Made by a program: the position numbers and the translations under genes. Of a DNA stretch of 64,000 nucleotides, positions 27,933 through 37,645 are shown piece by piece. How positions within the stretch are numbered: the first letter of the stretch is position 1; the number at the start of each line of letters is the position of its first letter. Below the pieces are notes generated by a model that was given only the letters and a program-made list of their open reading frames with translations, made no database searches and had not been told where the DNA came from. The stretch comes from an uncultured delta proteobacterium (GTDB lineage Bacteria; Myxococcota_A; Polyangia; Haliangiales; Haliangiaceae): contig CAWKDB010000010.1 of the NCBI GenBank assembly GCA_963848295.1, forward strand, positions 3,232,001 through 3,296,000. The letters are read 5' to 3'.

Positions 27933-28898
27933 ATGGGAAGCCAACGGCTCGCCGCGTCTGTCGCGTGTATCGCGTGTATCGCGTGGGTCGGGCTCGCCGG
28001 TGCGCTCGCGTTCGCCGAACCGAGCCACCAGCTCGCGAGCGTGTTGATCGAGGATATGCCGCACGTCACGCAGCGACCGGACTTCTGCGGCGAAGCGTGC
28101 GTCGAGATGGCGGCTCGGCGGCTCGGCAAGACCTACGACCAGAACGACGTATTCGCGGCGACCGACCTCGACCCGGCGCTCGGCCGTGGCGCGTACACCC
28201 CCGAGCTCGTCCACGCGGTCGAGAAGCTCGGCTTCAAGCCGGGCCACGTCTACACCCTCGTCGACGAGCGCGCACCGCGCGCCGGCATCGAACGCGAGCT
28301 CGCCGCGCTGCACGCCGATCTCGTGCGCGGCGTGCCGAGTATCGTGTGCATGCACTACGACGACCAGCCGCACACGACCGAGCACTTCCGGCTCGTCGTC
28401 GGCTACGACGCGGATCGCGACGAGATCGTCTATCAAGAACCTGCGGTCGAAGACGGCGGTTACCGCCGGATGACCCGGGCGATGTTCGAACAGCTGTGGC
28501 AACTGCCGTCGTCCACCGCAGGCAAGCGCGTGCTCGTGCGCATCCCGCTCGTCCCTGGCACCTTAGCGACCCCGGCGCACACGACCGCGGCCGCCGATAG
28601 CGTCCAGCACGTGATGGAGCTGCGAGACCAGCTCGACCGCGCGAAGCTAGGCCGCCTCGCGATTCGCGTCGTCGATCCGTTCATCGTCATCGGCGATCGC
28701 CAGGCCGTGGCGCACGCGACCAAAGCGACCCTCCAGCGCTGGGCCACCTCGGGTGACGTCTTCCTGTTTCGCGATGCGAAGGAGACCGCGCACGCGCGTG
28801 CCGCGCTCGGAGACATCGGCGTGACGCTGTCTCTTTTGTCAACTTGCGGTTCGGGCATCCCCATCCAACCGGCCGTAGCTCTTGGAGAAAAATGGTGA
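27933..28898 (+). CDS. Secreted C39-like cysteine peptidase, probably C-terminally truncated at the repeat
   Basis: PHVTQRPDFCGEAC, EHFRLVVGYD, YQEP; reads through one repeat copy and stops in the second. Confidence 0.78.
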   Translation: MGSQRLAASVACIACIAWVGLAGALAFAEPSHQLASVLIEDMPHVTQRPDFCGEACVEMAARRLGKTYDQNDVFAATDLDPALGRGAYTPELVHAVEKLGFKPGHVYTLVDERAPRAGIERELAALHADLVRGVPSIVCMHYDDQPHTTEHFRLVVGYDADRDEIVYQEPAVEDGGYRRMTRAMFEQLWQLPSSTAGKRVLVRIPLVPGTLATPAHTTAAADSVQHVMELRDQLDRAKLGRLAIRVVDPFIVIGDRQAVAHATKATLQRWATSGDVFLFRDAKETAHARAALGDIGVTLSLLSTCGSGIPIQPAVALGEKW

Positions 28899-28922
28899 CG
28901 CTGTCTCTTTTGTCAACTTGCG
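28821..28922 (+). repeat. REP-like direct-repeat doublet, subtype B (copies 28821-28848 and 28895-28922)
   Basis: GTGACGCTGTCTCTTTTGTCAACTTGCG identical twice, 74 bp period. Confidence 0.92.
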
Positions 28923-28961
28923 TGACCGCAGCGGCCGGCGGTCAACGTCAGCTCTAGTAAG

Positions 28962-30032
28962 TCAGTACGAGATCGTGACGGTGCCAGCGCCGGCTTGCGA
29001 GCCCTGCGTCATCATCACGCCGGTCGCGTTCGGCGACGCATAGCTGCTGCCGCCCGCGCCGCCGGTCCACGAGCCGCCGCCGCCGCCGAAATAGCCGCCG
29101 CCCGCGCCCCCGCCGCCGGTGCCCGGACCCGCAGTGCCTCCGGCGCCGGTCGCGCCCGGCGCGCCGGAGCTGTAACCCGCGTACGAGCCGCCCACCCCGC
29201 CCGCGGTCTGCGTGCCGCCGCTCGCGAGCACCGCGTTGCCGCACAGCGCCGACTGGCCGCCGGTCAGGCTGCCGCCGGCGCCGCCGTTGTAGGCCACGTC
29301 CCCGCATTCGGCCGCGCCACCGCCGCCCCCGGCGACGAACACGCGATCGGTCAGCGCGGTGCCGTGGAGCCGAATGTCCGACGCGCCACCGCCGCCGCCG
29401 CCCGACTGAGGAGCGAGCGCCGCGCCGATCGCGCCGCCGTTGAAGCCCGCAGTGCCGCCCGCACCGTTCGTCGCGGCGCCGCCAGCACCACCGACGGTGA
29501 CGGTCAGAACGTCGGTCGAGCTGATCGGGAGCGCGGCTTGGACCCGCCCGCCGAGCCCGCCGACGCCGCCAGGATTCGCGTAGAACGCGGTGCCACCCGC
29601 GGCCCCGCTGACATCGACCATGATCATCGTGACGCACGACGGCGCGGTGAACGTCTGCGGTGCGCCGGTGAAGCTGAACGTCATCGACCCGGTCGGGCAC
29701 GAGAACGCGGCGGTGATCTCGAGTGGACCGGTGACCGTGACGGTGCAGTCGTCGGTGCCGGAGCACGCGCCGGTCCAGCCGCCGAAAGTGGTGTTGTCCC
29801 CTGCCGCCGACAGCGTGACGTCACTCCCGATCGGAAACTCCGCTGCACAGCTCGTCCCGCAGTCGATCCCGGCGGGCGCCGAGGTCACGCTGCCGACGCC
29901 GGTGACCGTCACGCTCACCAGCGCGACTTGGCCGCCGCCGTCCGGTCCAGCGCCGGCGCCCGACGTCTCGTTGATGTTGAACAGCTGGGCGCAGCCGGTA
30001 CAGGCCAGCGCCACGAGCAGGGCGGAGCGCAC
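28962..30032 (-). CDS. Lipoprotein with divergent InlB-B-like repeat and glycine-rich domain
   Basis: ACTGC lipobox; GSVTSAPAGIDCG...F.GWTGAC; GGGGGASDIR...VAGGGGG. Confidence 0.82.
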   Translation of the reverse strand: MRSALLVALACTGCAQLFNINETSGAGAGPDGGGQVALVSVTVTGVGSVTSAPAGIDCGTSCAAEFPIGSDVTLSAAGDNTTFGGWTGACSGTDDCTVTVTGPLEITAAFSCPTGSMTFSFTGAPQTFTAPSCVTMIMVDVSGAAGGTAFYANPGGVGGLGGRVQAALPISSTDVLTVTVGGAGGAATNGAGGTAGFNGGAIGAALAPQSGGGGGGASDIRLHGTALTDRVFVAGGGGGAAECGDVAYNGGAGGSLTGGQSALCGNAVLASGGTQTAGGVGGSYAGYSSGAPGATGAGGTAGPGTGGGGAGGGYFGGGGGSWTGGAGGSSYASPNATGVMMTQGSQAGAGTVTISY

Positions 30033-30071
30033 CCACCAAGGGTAACAGGTGCCCCCGCGGTTTCGTACGTT

Positions 30072-30902
30072 CTACTGGGGGCGCGGCGCGTTCGCCCAGG
30101 TCCTGACGACCGAGTCTTCGCCGCACCGGTGCGTGAACCCGGTACCGAAGCCCTTTGCATCGTCGCCGCGGCCGTCCATGACGAGCAGCCGGCTGAGCTC
30201 GCGAGCGCGATCGAGGTCACAGCTCACCGCCGTCTCGAACGCGAGCGTGGCGATGCGATCGAGATCATCTCGCAGCGCCGCGTCGAGCTCTTTGCGCAGC
30301 TGCGCTTTGCGATCCGGCTTGTGGACCGGGACGATCGCGAACAGCCACATCATGATCGCCATCGCAAACGCGGAGATCGCGATTCCGATGCCGATGCGTT
30401 GCCGGCGGCGCGGATGTAGCGGCGCGTGGACGAGGCCGTCGGTGCGCGCCGCGATCGCGGCCCAGTCGGCGCCCGGAACCGCGAGCTTGAGCTCGGCGAC
30501 CGCGCGGCGTGCGTCGTCGAGCGCCTGCTCGTCGATGTTGGCGTCGCCGGCCTTCGTGACGGCGCGGCGGGCGTGCGGCCGAAACTCGTCGTAGGCGGCG
30601 GTGTTGGCGCCGCGGCGCGCGAGCACTTTGCGCGCGCGATCGAAGTGGCGCCAAGCCTCGGGATAAGCGTCGTGCGCGTCGGCGATCGCACGCCAGTGCA
30701 CGGTCGACGGACGCGGCTTGCCCGCGGCCGGCAGCGCGACCAGAGGGCGGCGCGATTCCATCGCTTCGACTATCGGGTCGGCGGGCGAGCTCGACTTCGC
30801 CACCGCGGCGCGCTCGCAATCTGCGCTCAGCGCCTCGCCGATCAAGATCGCGCCCACCGCACGGTCGTGCTCGTCGGCGGCGGCGACGGTGTCCCGATAC
30901 AT
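30072..30902 (-). CDS. Hypothetical single-TM protein
   Basis: Helical composition with TM IGIGIAISAFAMAIMMWLFAIV; start uncertain. Confidence 0.6.
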   Translation of the reverse strand: MYRDTVAAADEHDRAVGAILIGEALSADCERAAVAKSSSPADPIVEAMESRRPLVALPAAGKPRPSTVHWRAIADAHDAYPEAWRHFDRARKVLARRGANTAAYDEFRPHARRAVTKAGDANIDEQALDDARRAVAELKLAVPGADWAAIAARTDGLVHAPLHPRRRQRIGIGIAISAFAMAIMMWLFAIVPVHKPDRKAQLRKELDAALRDDLDRIATLAFETAVSCDLDRARELSRLLVMDGRGDDAKGFGTGFTHRCGEDSVVRTWANAPRPQ

Positions 30903-30984
30903 CTTTCAAGTGCTTCGGATCGGAGGCCCCCTGGCAAGCCCGGAATTACCGGCCGGATTCGCGCGTCATTTCGGCGGTGACGTC

Positions 30985-31278
30985 GTGTTCGAGCCAACCA
31001 CTTTCGAGCTCGCACTGTGGTGCAAATTACTACGCGACCGGGGCAAGACCGGCGCTCAGATCGCCCGCGCGCTGACCAAGAGCGAGGGCTACATCAACAA
31101 TCTGATCAGGGTGATCGAGCGGTCGTCGATCGCGGTGCTCGGCCGGTGGCGGGCCGAACAGCTGACCGCGGCGGCGCCGCCGGTGTGCGCGACCGACTGG
31201 CTGATGCAGGTCTGCCTGTTGCCGCACGATCGCCAGGACGACGAGCTCGCGCGCCGCCTCGCGGCCGCCGGTTTGTAA
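30985..31278 (+). CDS. Small ParB/Spo0J-type HTH-only protein
   Basis: FELALWCKLLRDRGKTGAQIARALTKSEGYINNLIRV resembles the ParB HTH; start uncertain. Confidence 0.6.
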   Translation: MFEPTTFELALWCKLLRDRGKTGAQIARALTKSEGYINNLIRVIERSSIAVLGRWRAEQLTAAAPPVCATDWLMQVCLLPHDRQDDELARRLAAAGL

Positions 31279-31350
31279 GGTTTGCGTATGGCGGTACGCG
31301 CTTCGTAGACCGATCCGCGCCGGCGGGCGTTACCCCGATCCGGAGGAATC

Positions 31351-32427
31351 ATGCGCATCGTTACCCGTCTATTCGTTGCTCATCTCGCGCTGGCCCTCGG
31401 GCCGGCGGTCGCGCTCGCTGGTGACGGCAGCCCGCCGCAAGCCAAGACCCCGCCGGCGGCGAATGCCGCGCTGACCGATCACACGAAGATGCTCGACCCG
31501 ATCCAGGTCGACAGCTTGACGGTCACGCCGATCGAAGCGACCACCGACACCGCCGGCAAGGATCAGAACCTGACGGTGCTCGACGAGGCGATGGGCAAGA
31601 AGCTCGTGACCATTCGCGAGAAGCCCGACAAAGAGGTCAACGCGCTCGTGTTGACCAACAAGTCCGACCAGGCGCTGTTCCTGATGAGCGGCGAGGTCAT
31701 CATCGGCGGCGAGCAAGATCGGATCATCGGCCGCAACACGATCATCCCGCCGAAGACGACCCAGGACGTGCCGGTGTTCTGCGTGGAGCACGGCCGGTGG
31801 AGCGGCAACAGCAAGGAGTTCACGACCGCGAAGGCGCTCGCCCACGGCCGGTTGCGCGGCAAGGCGAGCTACGCCAGCCAGCAGGCGGTGTGGGACGAGG
31901 TCGCGACCAAGAACGAAGCGCGCAAGACCGAGACCGCGACCGGCACGTATCGCAAGGTCGCGCTCGAACAGTCGGACGGCTCGCTCGCATCCATGCAGAA
32001 GCAAGTCGACGGGGCGCTCGCCAAGCTGCCCGCGGCCGATCGCAGCAAGCTCGTCGGCTTCGCGGTGTCACTCAACGGCAAGGTCGCGAGCGTCGACGTG
32101 TTCAACTCGCCGGCGTTGTTCGGCAAGCTCGAGACCAAGCTGCTGCACTCGTACCTCACCGAGGCGATCGACATCAAAGCCGAGAAGGACATCAAGGCGC
32201 CGACCGCCGCCGATGTGAAGACGTTCATGTTCGACGCCGACGCCGCGCCGGCCGCGCCGTCGTACGACACGCCGGCAGCGGCGACCGCGATCTACGCGGG
32301 CAAGCGCGCTTACAAGGCGAGGGTCGAGTACAAGCCCGCCGCACCCAGGGCCGCCGGTCACCGCGCGCCGGCTCCCGCGAAAGCGGATCCCGCCGACGAT
32401 GTCTACGAGAACTATCAGGTGAAGTAA
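31351..32427 (+). CDS. Secreted ARPP-1/DUF6569-like domain protein
   Basis: GGAGG RBS, signal peptide; LFLMSGEVIIGGEQDRII, VPVFCVEHGRW, QQAVWDEV. Confidence 0.78.
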   Translation: MRIVTRLFVAHLALALGPAVALAGDGSPPQAKTPPAANAALTDHTKMLDPIQVDSLTVTPIEATTDTAGKDQNLTVLDEAMGKKLVTIREKPDKEVNALVLTNKSDQALFLMSGEVIIGGEQDRIIGRNTIIPPKTTQDVPVFCVEHGRWSGNSKEFTTAKALAHGRLRGKASYASQQAVWDEVATKNEARKTETATGTYRKVALEQSDGSLASMQKQVDGALAKLPAADRSKLVGFAVSLNGKVASVDVFNSPALFGKLETKLLHSYLTEAIDIKAEKDIKAPTAADVKTFMFDADAAPAAPSYDTPAAATAIYAGKRAYKARVEYKPAAPRAAGHRAPAPAKADPADDVYENYQVK

Positions 32428-32436
32428 GCTGACGGC

Positions 32437-33318
32437 GTGACCGACGAGCCGACCGATCCGAGCGAGCCCAGTACCAAGAAACGCAAGCTGCGGCTGTTAC
32501 CCGGCCTCTCGGTCGACGAGTTTCGCCATCCGCTCGATCAGCGCGCGACCGACGCGTTGAAGCGCATCCCCGGGCTCGACAAGGCGATGGCGAAGCTGCT
32601 CGAGATCGGGCTCGAGCGGCTGTTCTACATCGACAACGTCGCGTCGAACCTGCGCGTCACGCCGAAGATGTTCCCGCGCCTGCATCGCAGCTTGCAATGG
32701 GCGACCAAGATCCTCGAGGTCCCCGAGCCCGAGATGTACGTCACCGTCGATCCGGTGCCGAACGCGTGGACGTACGGGCACACCAAGCCGTTCATCACGG
32801 TGACGTCGGGGTTGATCGACATGATGAGCGACGAGGAGCTGTTCTTCGTCATCGGGCACGAGGTCGGTCACATCAAGGGCGGCCACGTGCTGTACGGCAC
32901 GATGGCGCGCAACATCGCCGCGGTCGTCGCGCTGATCGGCCAGGCGACGCTCGGCATCGGCTCGCTGTTGTTTCAAGGCCTCGTCGTCGGCCTGCTCGAG
33001 TGGTTTCGCTGCGCCGAGCTGACGTGCGATCGCGCGGCGCTCCTGTGCGTGCAGGATCTCGAACCGGCGCGCGACACGTTCATGAAGCTCGCCGGTGGTA
33101 CGACGCGACTCGCCGCCGAGATGGATCGCGACGAGTTCCTGCGCCAGATTCGCGAGTACGAAGAGGTCGATCGCTCGACGCTCGACCGTGCGTACAAGCT
33201 GCTGCTCACGGCCACTCGCTCGCATCCGTTCGCGATGCAGCGGGCGAAGGAGCTCGAGACCTGGTTCGGCAGCGGCTACGAAGACGTGATGGCGCGCCAC
33301 CCTACGTCGAGCGTTTAG
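32437..33318 (+). CDS. M48 family Zn metallopeptidase
   Basis: FRHPLD, PNAWT, GHEVGH, AELTCDR, SHPFAMQR. Confidence 0.92.
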   Translation: MTDEPTDPSEPSTKKRKLRLLPGLSVDEFRHPLDQRATDALKRIPGLDKAMAKLLEIGLERLFYIDNVASNLRVTPKMFPRLHRSLQWATKILEVPEPEMYVTVDPVPNAWTYGHTKPFITVTSGLIDMMSDEELFFVIGHEVGHIKGGHVLYGTMARNIAAVVALIGQATLGIGSLLFQGLVVGLLEWFRCAELTCDRAALLCVQDLEPARDTFMKLAGGTTRLAAEMDRDEFLRQIREYEEVDRSTLDRAYKLLLTATRSHPFAMQRAKELETWFGSGYEDVMARHPTSSV

Positions 33319-33553
33319 GTCGCACGATCGCGCGGGGCAGCTCGCCGTCGGCTCGTTCCGGCGCCACGACACGGTCGAGCGGGACCTCGGTGCGCACCGG
33401 CCTCGGTGGTGACGGCGGCGCTCGCGACAACACGGCCGCGGCATCGAGCACCGCTTCTTCGTCGATGGGCGCGCCCGACCGGTTGCCACAATGCGGGCAG
33501 ATCACGACCTCTTCGTGCACCGGCCGACCACACGCTGCACACGCGATCGCCAC
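33302..33553 (-). CDS. Small zinc-ribbon protein
   Basis: CAAC-x10-CPHC. Confidence 0.5.
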   Translation of the reverse strand: MAIACAACGRPVHEEVVICPHCGNRSGAPIDEEAVLDAAAVLSRAPPSPPRPVRTEVPLDRVVAPERADGELPRAIVRPKRST

Positions 33554-33557
33554 GACG

Positions 33558-33938
33558 CTAAGGCGAGCCGTCGTCGACAGTCGTGTCGCGCGCGGCGTCG
33601 CGCGGTGTTGGCAAGCGCGGGGTCGGGCCCTTGCGCTTCGCGGTCTTCGTCGCGTCCGGTTCGGGCGCCGCCGCCGAGCCCGCATCGCGAGCCTGATCGG
33701 CGCGATCGAGCACGTCGGAGGTCACGTGCTCCTTCACCGTCACGCCCTTCTGATCGTCGCTGATGTTTTTCTCGGGCTTCCTCGTCGCGGTATCGGGCGA
33801 CGCGAGCGTGATCGCGGCGGCCGCGGCTGCGAACCCTCCCGCCATCGCGGCGTTGTTCGGATGCGGCACGTTCTGCAAGGCTGGACCGCCGCAAGCGACC
33901 GAGAGGAGCATGACCAAAGCTGCTCTCATGCTCGTCAT
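33558..33938 (-). CDS. Hypothetical lipoprotein
   Basis: Lipobox LSVAC. Confidence 0.6.
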   Translation of the reverse strand: MTSMRAALVMLLSVACGGPALQNVPHPNNAAMAGGFAAAAAAITLASPDTATRKPEKNISDDQKGVTVKEHVTSDVLDRADQARDAGSAAAPEPDATKTAKRKGPTPRLPTPRDAARDTTVDDGSP

Positions 33939-33955
33939 GTTACACCTGCGCCGTC

Positions 33956-34930
33956 ATGCGAGCCATCGCGATCGAGAAGCCCGGCGGGCCCGAAGTGTTG
34001 CAGCTCGTCGACAAACCGCTGCCAGAGCCGGTGCGCGGCGAGGTGCGCGTACGCGTCCGCGCGACCGCGGTCAATCGCGCCGACTTGCATCAGCGCATGG
34101 GCAACTACCCCGCGCCGGTCGATTCGCCGCCCGACGTCCCGGGGCTCGAATACGCCGGCGAGGTCGACGCCCTCGGTCCGGGGTGCGAGCGCTTGCAGAT
34201 CGGCGATCGCGTGTTCGGCTTGGTCGGCGGCGGCGGCTATTCCGAAGCGATCGTCACGCAAGAGCGCGCGATCGCGAAGATGCCGGACGGTATGACGTTC
34301 GAAGACGCGGCGGCGGTGCCCGAGGCGTTCATCACCGCTCACGACGCGATGATGCAAGGTGAGTTTCGCGGTGGCGAGCCGCTGCTCGTTCACGGCGCGG
34401 GCAGCGGTGTCGGCACGGCGGCGATCCAGCTCGGCCATGCGCTCGGCGGGTTCGTGATCGGGACGGCGCGCACGCAAGCCAAGCTCGATCGCGCGGCGCC
34501 GTTGGGGCTCGATGTCGGCATTGTGCCCGATGCCGGCAAGTTCGCGGCCGCGGTGCTGCGCGCGGCTCCCGGCGGGGTGCGCACGATCATCGAGCTCGTC
34601 GGCGGCAGTTACGTCGACGAAGATCTGCGGTGCGTCGCGCAGCTCGGTCGGATCGTGCTGGTCGGCCTACTCGCCGGTATGAAGACCGAGCTCGATCTCG
34701 GCCGGTTGCTGCGTGGTCGAGCGCACCTGATCGGCACGATGCTCCGCGCGCGACCACTCGAGCAGAAGCTCGCGGCGATGCGCTCGTTCGAAGCGCAGGT
34801 CGTGCCGTTGCTCGCCCGCGGCCTCGTCAAGCCGGTGATCGACGTCGTGATGCCGCTCGCGGATGCCGCCAAGGCGCACCTCCGGATGCAGAGCAACGAG
34901 GGGTTCGGCAAGATCGTGCTCCGCGTCTAA
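33956..34930 (+). CDS. NAD(P)H:quinone oxidoreductase, PIG3/zeta-crystallin family
   Basis: GGPEVL, VNRAD, PGLEYAG, HGAGSGVGTAAIQL, GKIVL. Confidence 0.93.
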   Translation: MRAIAIEKPGGPEVLQLVDKPLPEPVRGEVRVRVRATAVNRADLHQRMGNYPAPVDSPPDVPGLEYAGEVDALGPGCERLQIGDRVFGLVGGGGYSEAIVTQERAIAKMPDGMTFEDAAAVPEAFITAHDAMMQGEFRGGEPLLVHGAGSGVGTAAIQLGHALGGFVIGTARTQAKLDRAAPLGLDVGIVPDAGKFAAAVLRAAPGGVRTIIELVGGSYVDEDLRCVAQLGRIVLVGLLAGMKTELDLGRLLRGRAHLIGTMLRARPLEQKLAAMRSFEAQVVPLLARGLVKPVIDVVMPLADAAKAHLRMQSNEGFGKIVLRV

Positions 34931-34938
34931 CCGCGCGG

Positions 34939-35514
34939 TCAGCGGCCGAACCGCAGCGTGCCGAGCAGCTCGATGTCGACGCTCGTATAGTCGAAGCTGA
35001 TCGCGTTACTGCCCGCTTGATTGCGGTGGACCCCGACCGGGACCGCGAGCTCGATCCCGAGCTGCGACTCACCCCCGAGCTCCTGCCAGATGCCGATCGC
35101 ACCCTCGGCGGCGAACCCGACATCGGCGCCGGTCGAGCCGGCGATGATGTTCTGGCTCACCGTGATCGAATCGCTCGCGTGCGTGATGTCGAGGCCGATG
35201 CCGACCCGGCCGGTGACCATGATGCAACGCTTGATGTGGTGGTGCACGCCGGCGCCGAGCGTGAGTCGATAGCGATCGTCGGCGAACCCCGCGGCGCGCG
35301 TGCGCAACGGTGTCCATTCGGCGGACAGCAGGGCTGCGAGCTCGCCGGCCGAGCTGCCGGCGCGAACCGCGAGGACCGGGCTCGGCGTGACCGTGTTCGT
35401 CCACACCTTGTCGCCCACCGGGATACTCGCGCCGGTGCCGAGCTCGACGAAGCCATCGGCGCGGGTCGCTGACCCGGTCGCTCCGACCACCATGACGACG
35501 ACGATCGCGCGCAC
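34939..35514 (-). CDS. Putative small outer-membrane beta-barrel protein
   Basis: Signal peptide, alternating beta strands, ends LGTLRF. Confidence 0.55.
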   Translation of the reverse strand: MRAIVVVMVVGATGSATRADGFVELGTGASIPVGDKVWTNTVTPSPVLAVRAGSSAGELAALLSAEWTPLRTRAAGFADDRYRLTLGAGVHHHIKRCIMVTGRVGIGLDITHASDSITVSQNIIAGSTGADVGFAAEGAIGIWQELGGESQLGIELAVPVGVHRNQAGSNAISFDYTSVDIELLGTLRFGR

Positions 35515-35553
35515 AGCTGGAGAGTACGCTGAGTCGGGGGTAATGTCGTCGCC

Positions 35554-36018
35554 ATGTCGATCTCGGACCGGATCCTGCCGCTGTGCGATCTGCTGATGGG
35601 CGCTGCGTACGCCGATGACGAGCTGCGCGATCAGGAGAAAGTCGAAGTGCGCGCGCTGGTCGAGGAGCTCGCCGGTGGGCTGACCGCCGAGATCTCGAAG
35701 CGGATCGACGGCTTCGATCCAAAGAAGTTCGACGTCGTGAAATCGGCCGAACCGTTTCGCGCCGACCCCGAAGACGATCGCCGCAAGCTGCTGTTCCTCG
35801 TCAGCGCGGTCAACGAGTCCGACGAAGAGATCGACTTCGCCGAGGATGACTACCTGCGCGCGCTCGCGAACGCCCTCGCCCTACCGGCGTCCGCGCTCGC
35901 GGGGCTGACCGTCGACATCGAAGACGAGCAGCTCAAAGCGACGTTCCAGCAGGTCCGCAAGGGCCCGCCGCCGCCGCCGAAGGGCAAGGGCGGCTCGGTC
36001 GACGTCGATATCGACTAG
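35554..36018 (+). CDS. TerB-like protein
   Basis: AAYADDELRDQE and SDEEIDFAEDDYLRALANAL. Confidence 0.8.
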   Translation: MSISDRILPLCDLLMGAAYADDELRDQEKVEVRALVEELAGGLTAEISKRIDGFDPKKFDVVKSAEPFRADPEDDRRKLLFLVSAVNESDEEIDFAEDDYLRALANALALPASALAGLTVDIEDEQLKATFQQVRKGPPPPPKGKGGSVDVDID

Positions 36019-36449
36019 AGCAGCTTCGCGCTCAGCGTCATCGGCGTCGCCGCCAACGCGCGCGAGATCGGGCAGTTCTTCTTCGCGCCCTCGGCGTACT
36101 CGACGAACTGTTCGTTCGTGATCCCGGCGACCTTGCCTTGGGTCTCGAGCGCGATGCCGGTCAGCGTCCACCCGGCTTCGAGCTTCTGGAGATCGACCAC
36201 CGCCGACGTGCGGATCTCGGTCGGCTCGTGGCCGGCGCCGGTCAGCGCGAACGCGAGCGCCATCGAGAAGCAACTCGCGTGCGCCGCAGCGATCAGCTCT
36301 TCGGGGTTCGTCCCGGCCTTGCCGTCCTCCGACGTGAACCGAGTGTTGACGCTGTACGGCTGATCTTTGAACGCGCCGCTTTGAGTGGTGATCGCACCTG
36401 CACCCTTGGGGCCATTACCTTTCCAGACGACATTGCTCGAGCGCTTCAT
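36015..36449 (-). CDS. osmC: OsmC family peroxiredoxin
   Basis: GTNPEELIAAAHASCFSMAL, AKKNCPIS. Confidence 0.95.
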   Translation of the reverse strand: MKRSSNVVWKGNGPKGAGAITTQSGAFKDQPYSVNTRFTSEDGKAGTNPEELIAAAHASCFSMALAFALTGAGHEPTEIRTSAVVDLQKLEAGWTLTGIALETQGKVAGITNEQFVEYAEGAKKNCPISRALAATPMTLSAKLL

Positions 36450-36577
36450 GGGAATCCTCCGCGGCCGGTATACCCGGGAGTAATCGGCGCGGCATCAGCA
36501 CGCGACGAATACGTGACGTCGGTCGTGCGACCCGGCTCGGTCGTGCGGCTCGCGCCCGGTGCGTATACTCGCCGGCG

Positions 36578-37645
36578 ATGCGAGCGCTCGCGTTGGTGAC
36601 GATCGCGGCGTGCACCTCGCCGCAAGCGACGCTGCTCGCCGACCGCGACCGCGACGATGTCGCGGCGATGCGCGCCCATGGTTGGCACACGTGGGCGCGA
36701 GTCACGCGCGAGTGGACGACCTGGACGCCGAGCGATCAGTTGTTCGGTGGCGCGAGCGCCGGGCCGCCCGCGTTTCGCACGCCTCGGCCGTTTCGCGTCG
36801 GCGAGGCGATCGAGCACGAGCAGTTGCCGGTGATGTTCGACGTGCTGTTCGACCCGACAGCGACCGCCCACATTCGCGACCATCGCCTCGCCGAGCGCCG
36901 CGTGCTCGCCAGGCTCGCGACGTTTCCCGCATTTCCCCGCGAAGCGATCGCGGCCAAGCTCGAGTGGTATCCGGTCCACGCGCACGGCCTGACCGCGATG
37001 CCGGTGTGGGACGGCGGAACGGCCGGCGCTGCGCAGCAGCCCGACGTGAGTTGGCCGCGCGCGGTCGCGGTCGATCCGGTGCACGACGTCATCCCCACGG
37101 GGGAGACCGCCCACGTCTTGCTCGCGGGCAAGCCGATCACCGCGCGCGTCGTGTCGCTGACCTCGTTCGAGCATCACGCGCTGGTCGCGAGCGAGCTGCC
37201 GTCGGCGCGCGCGGCGTCGCACGATCCTACGCTTGCGGTCGGCGACTTCGTCGCGCTCGTCGCCGCGCACGTCACGACCAAGCAGATCCCGGAGTGGACG
37301 TGGGCGACGTATTGGTGGCACGACGATCCAGATGCCGGCGCGTTTGCGATGGGCCGGACCGATGACGTCCGCGGCGCCGATCGCCATTATCTGATGGATG
37401 TCGCGTTCAGCGCGACGACGCCGGTCGAGCACGACGGCTCGCCGCACGTATGCATGAACCCGTGGCTCGAGGCGCGGTTCCCGAACGGCGTGCACTCGAA
37501 CTGCATTGCGTGTCATCAACGTGCGGTCGTCGGAGCGACCGACTATCTCCCGGTGACGCGCGGCGCGATGCGGCCCGACGATCCGTACTTCGCCGGGCGT
37601 GCACAGGCCGACTTCATCTGGTCGATCGCGCTCGAGGCCAAGTGA
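36578..37645 (+). CDS. Lipoprotein with single C-terminal CxxCH (putative c-type cytochrome)
   Basis: Lipobox IAAC; HVTTKQIPEWTWATYWW; SNCIACH. Confidence 0.7.
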   Translation: MRALALVTIAACTSPQATLLADRDRDDVAAMRAHGWHTWARVTREWTTWTPSDQLFGGASAGPPAFRTPRPFRVGEAIEHEQLPVMFDVLFDPTATAHIRDHRLAERRVLARLATFPAFPREAIAAKLEWYPVHAHGLTAMPVWDGGTAGAAQQPDVSWPRAVAVDPVHDVIPTGETAHVLLAGKPITARVVSLTSFEHHALVASELPSARAASHDPTLAVGDFVALVAAHVTTKQIPEWTWATYWWHDDPDAGAFAMGRTDDVRGADRHYLMDVAFSATTPVEHDGSPHVCMNPWLEARFPNGVHSNCIACHQRAVVGATDYLPVTRGAMRPDDPYFAGRAQADFIWSIALEAK

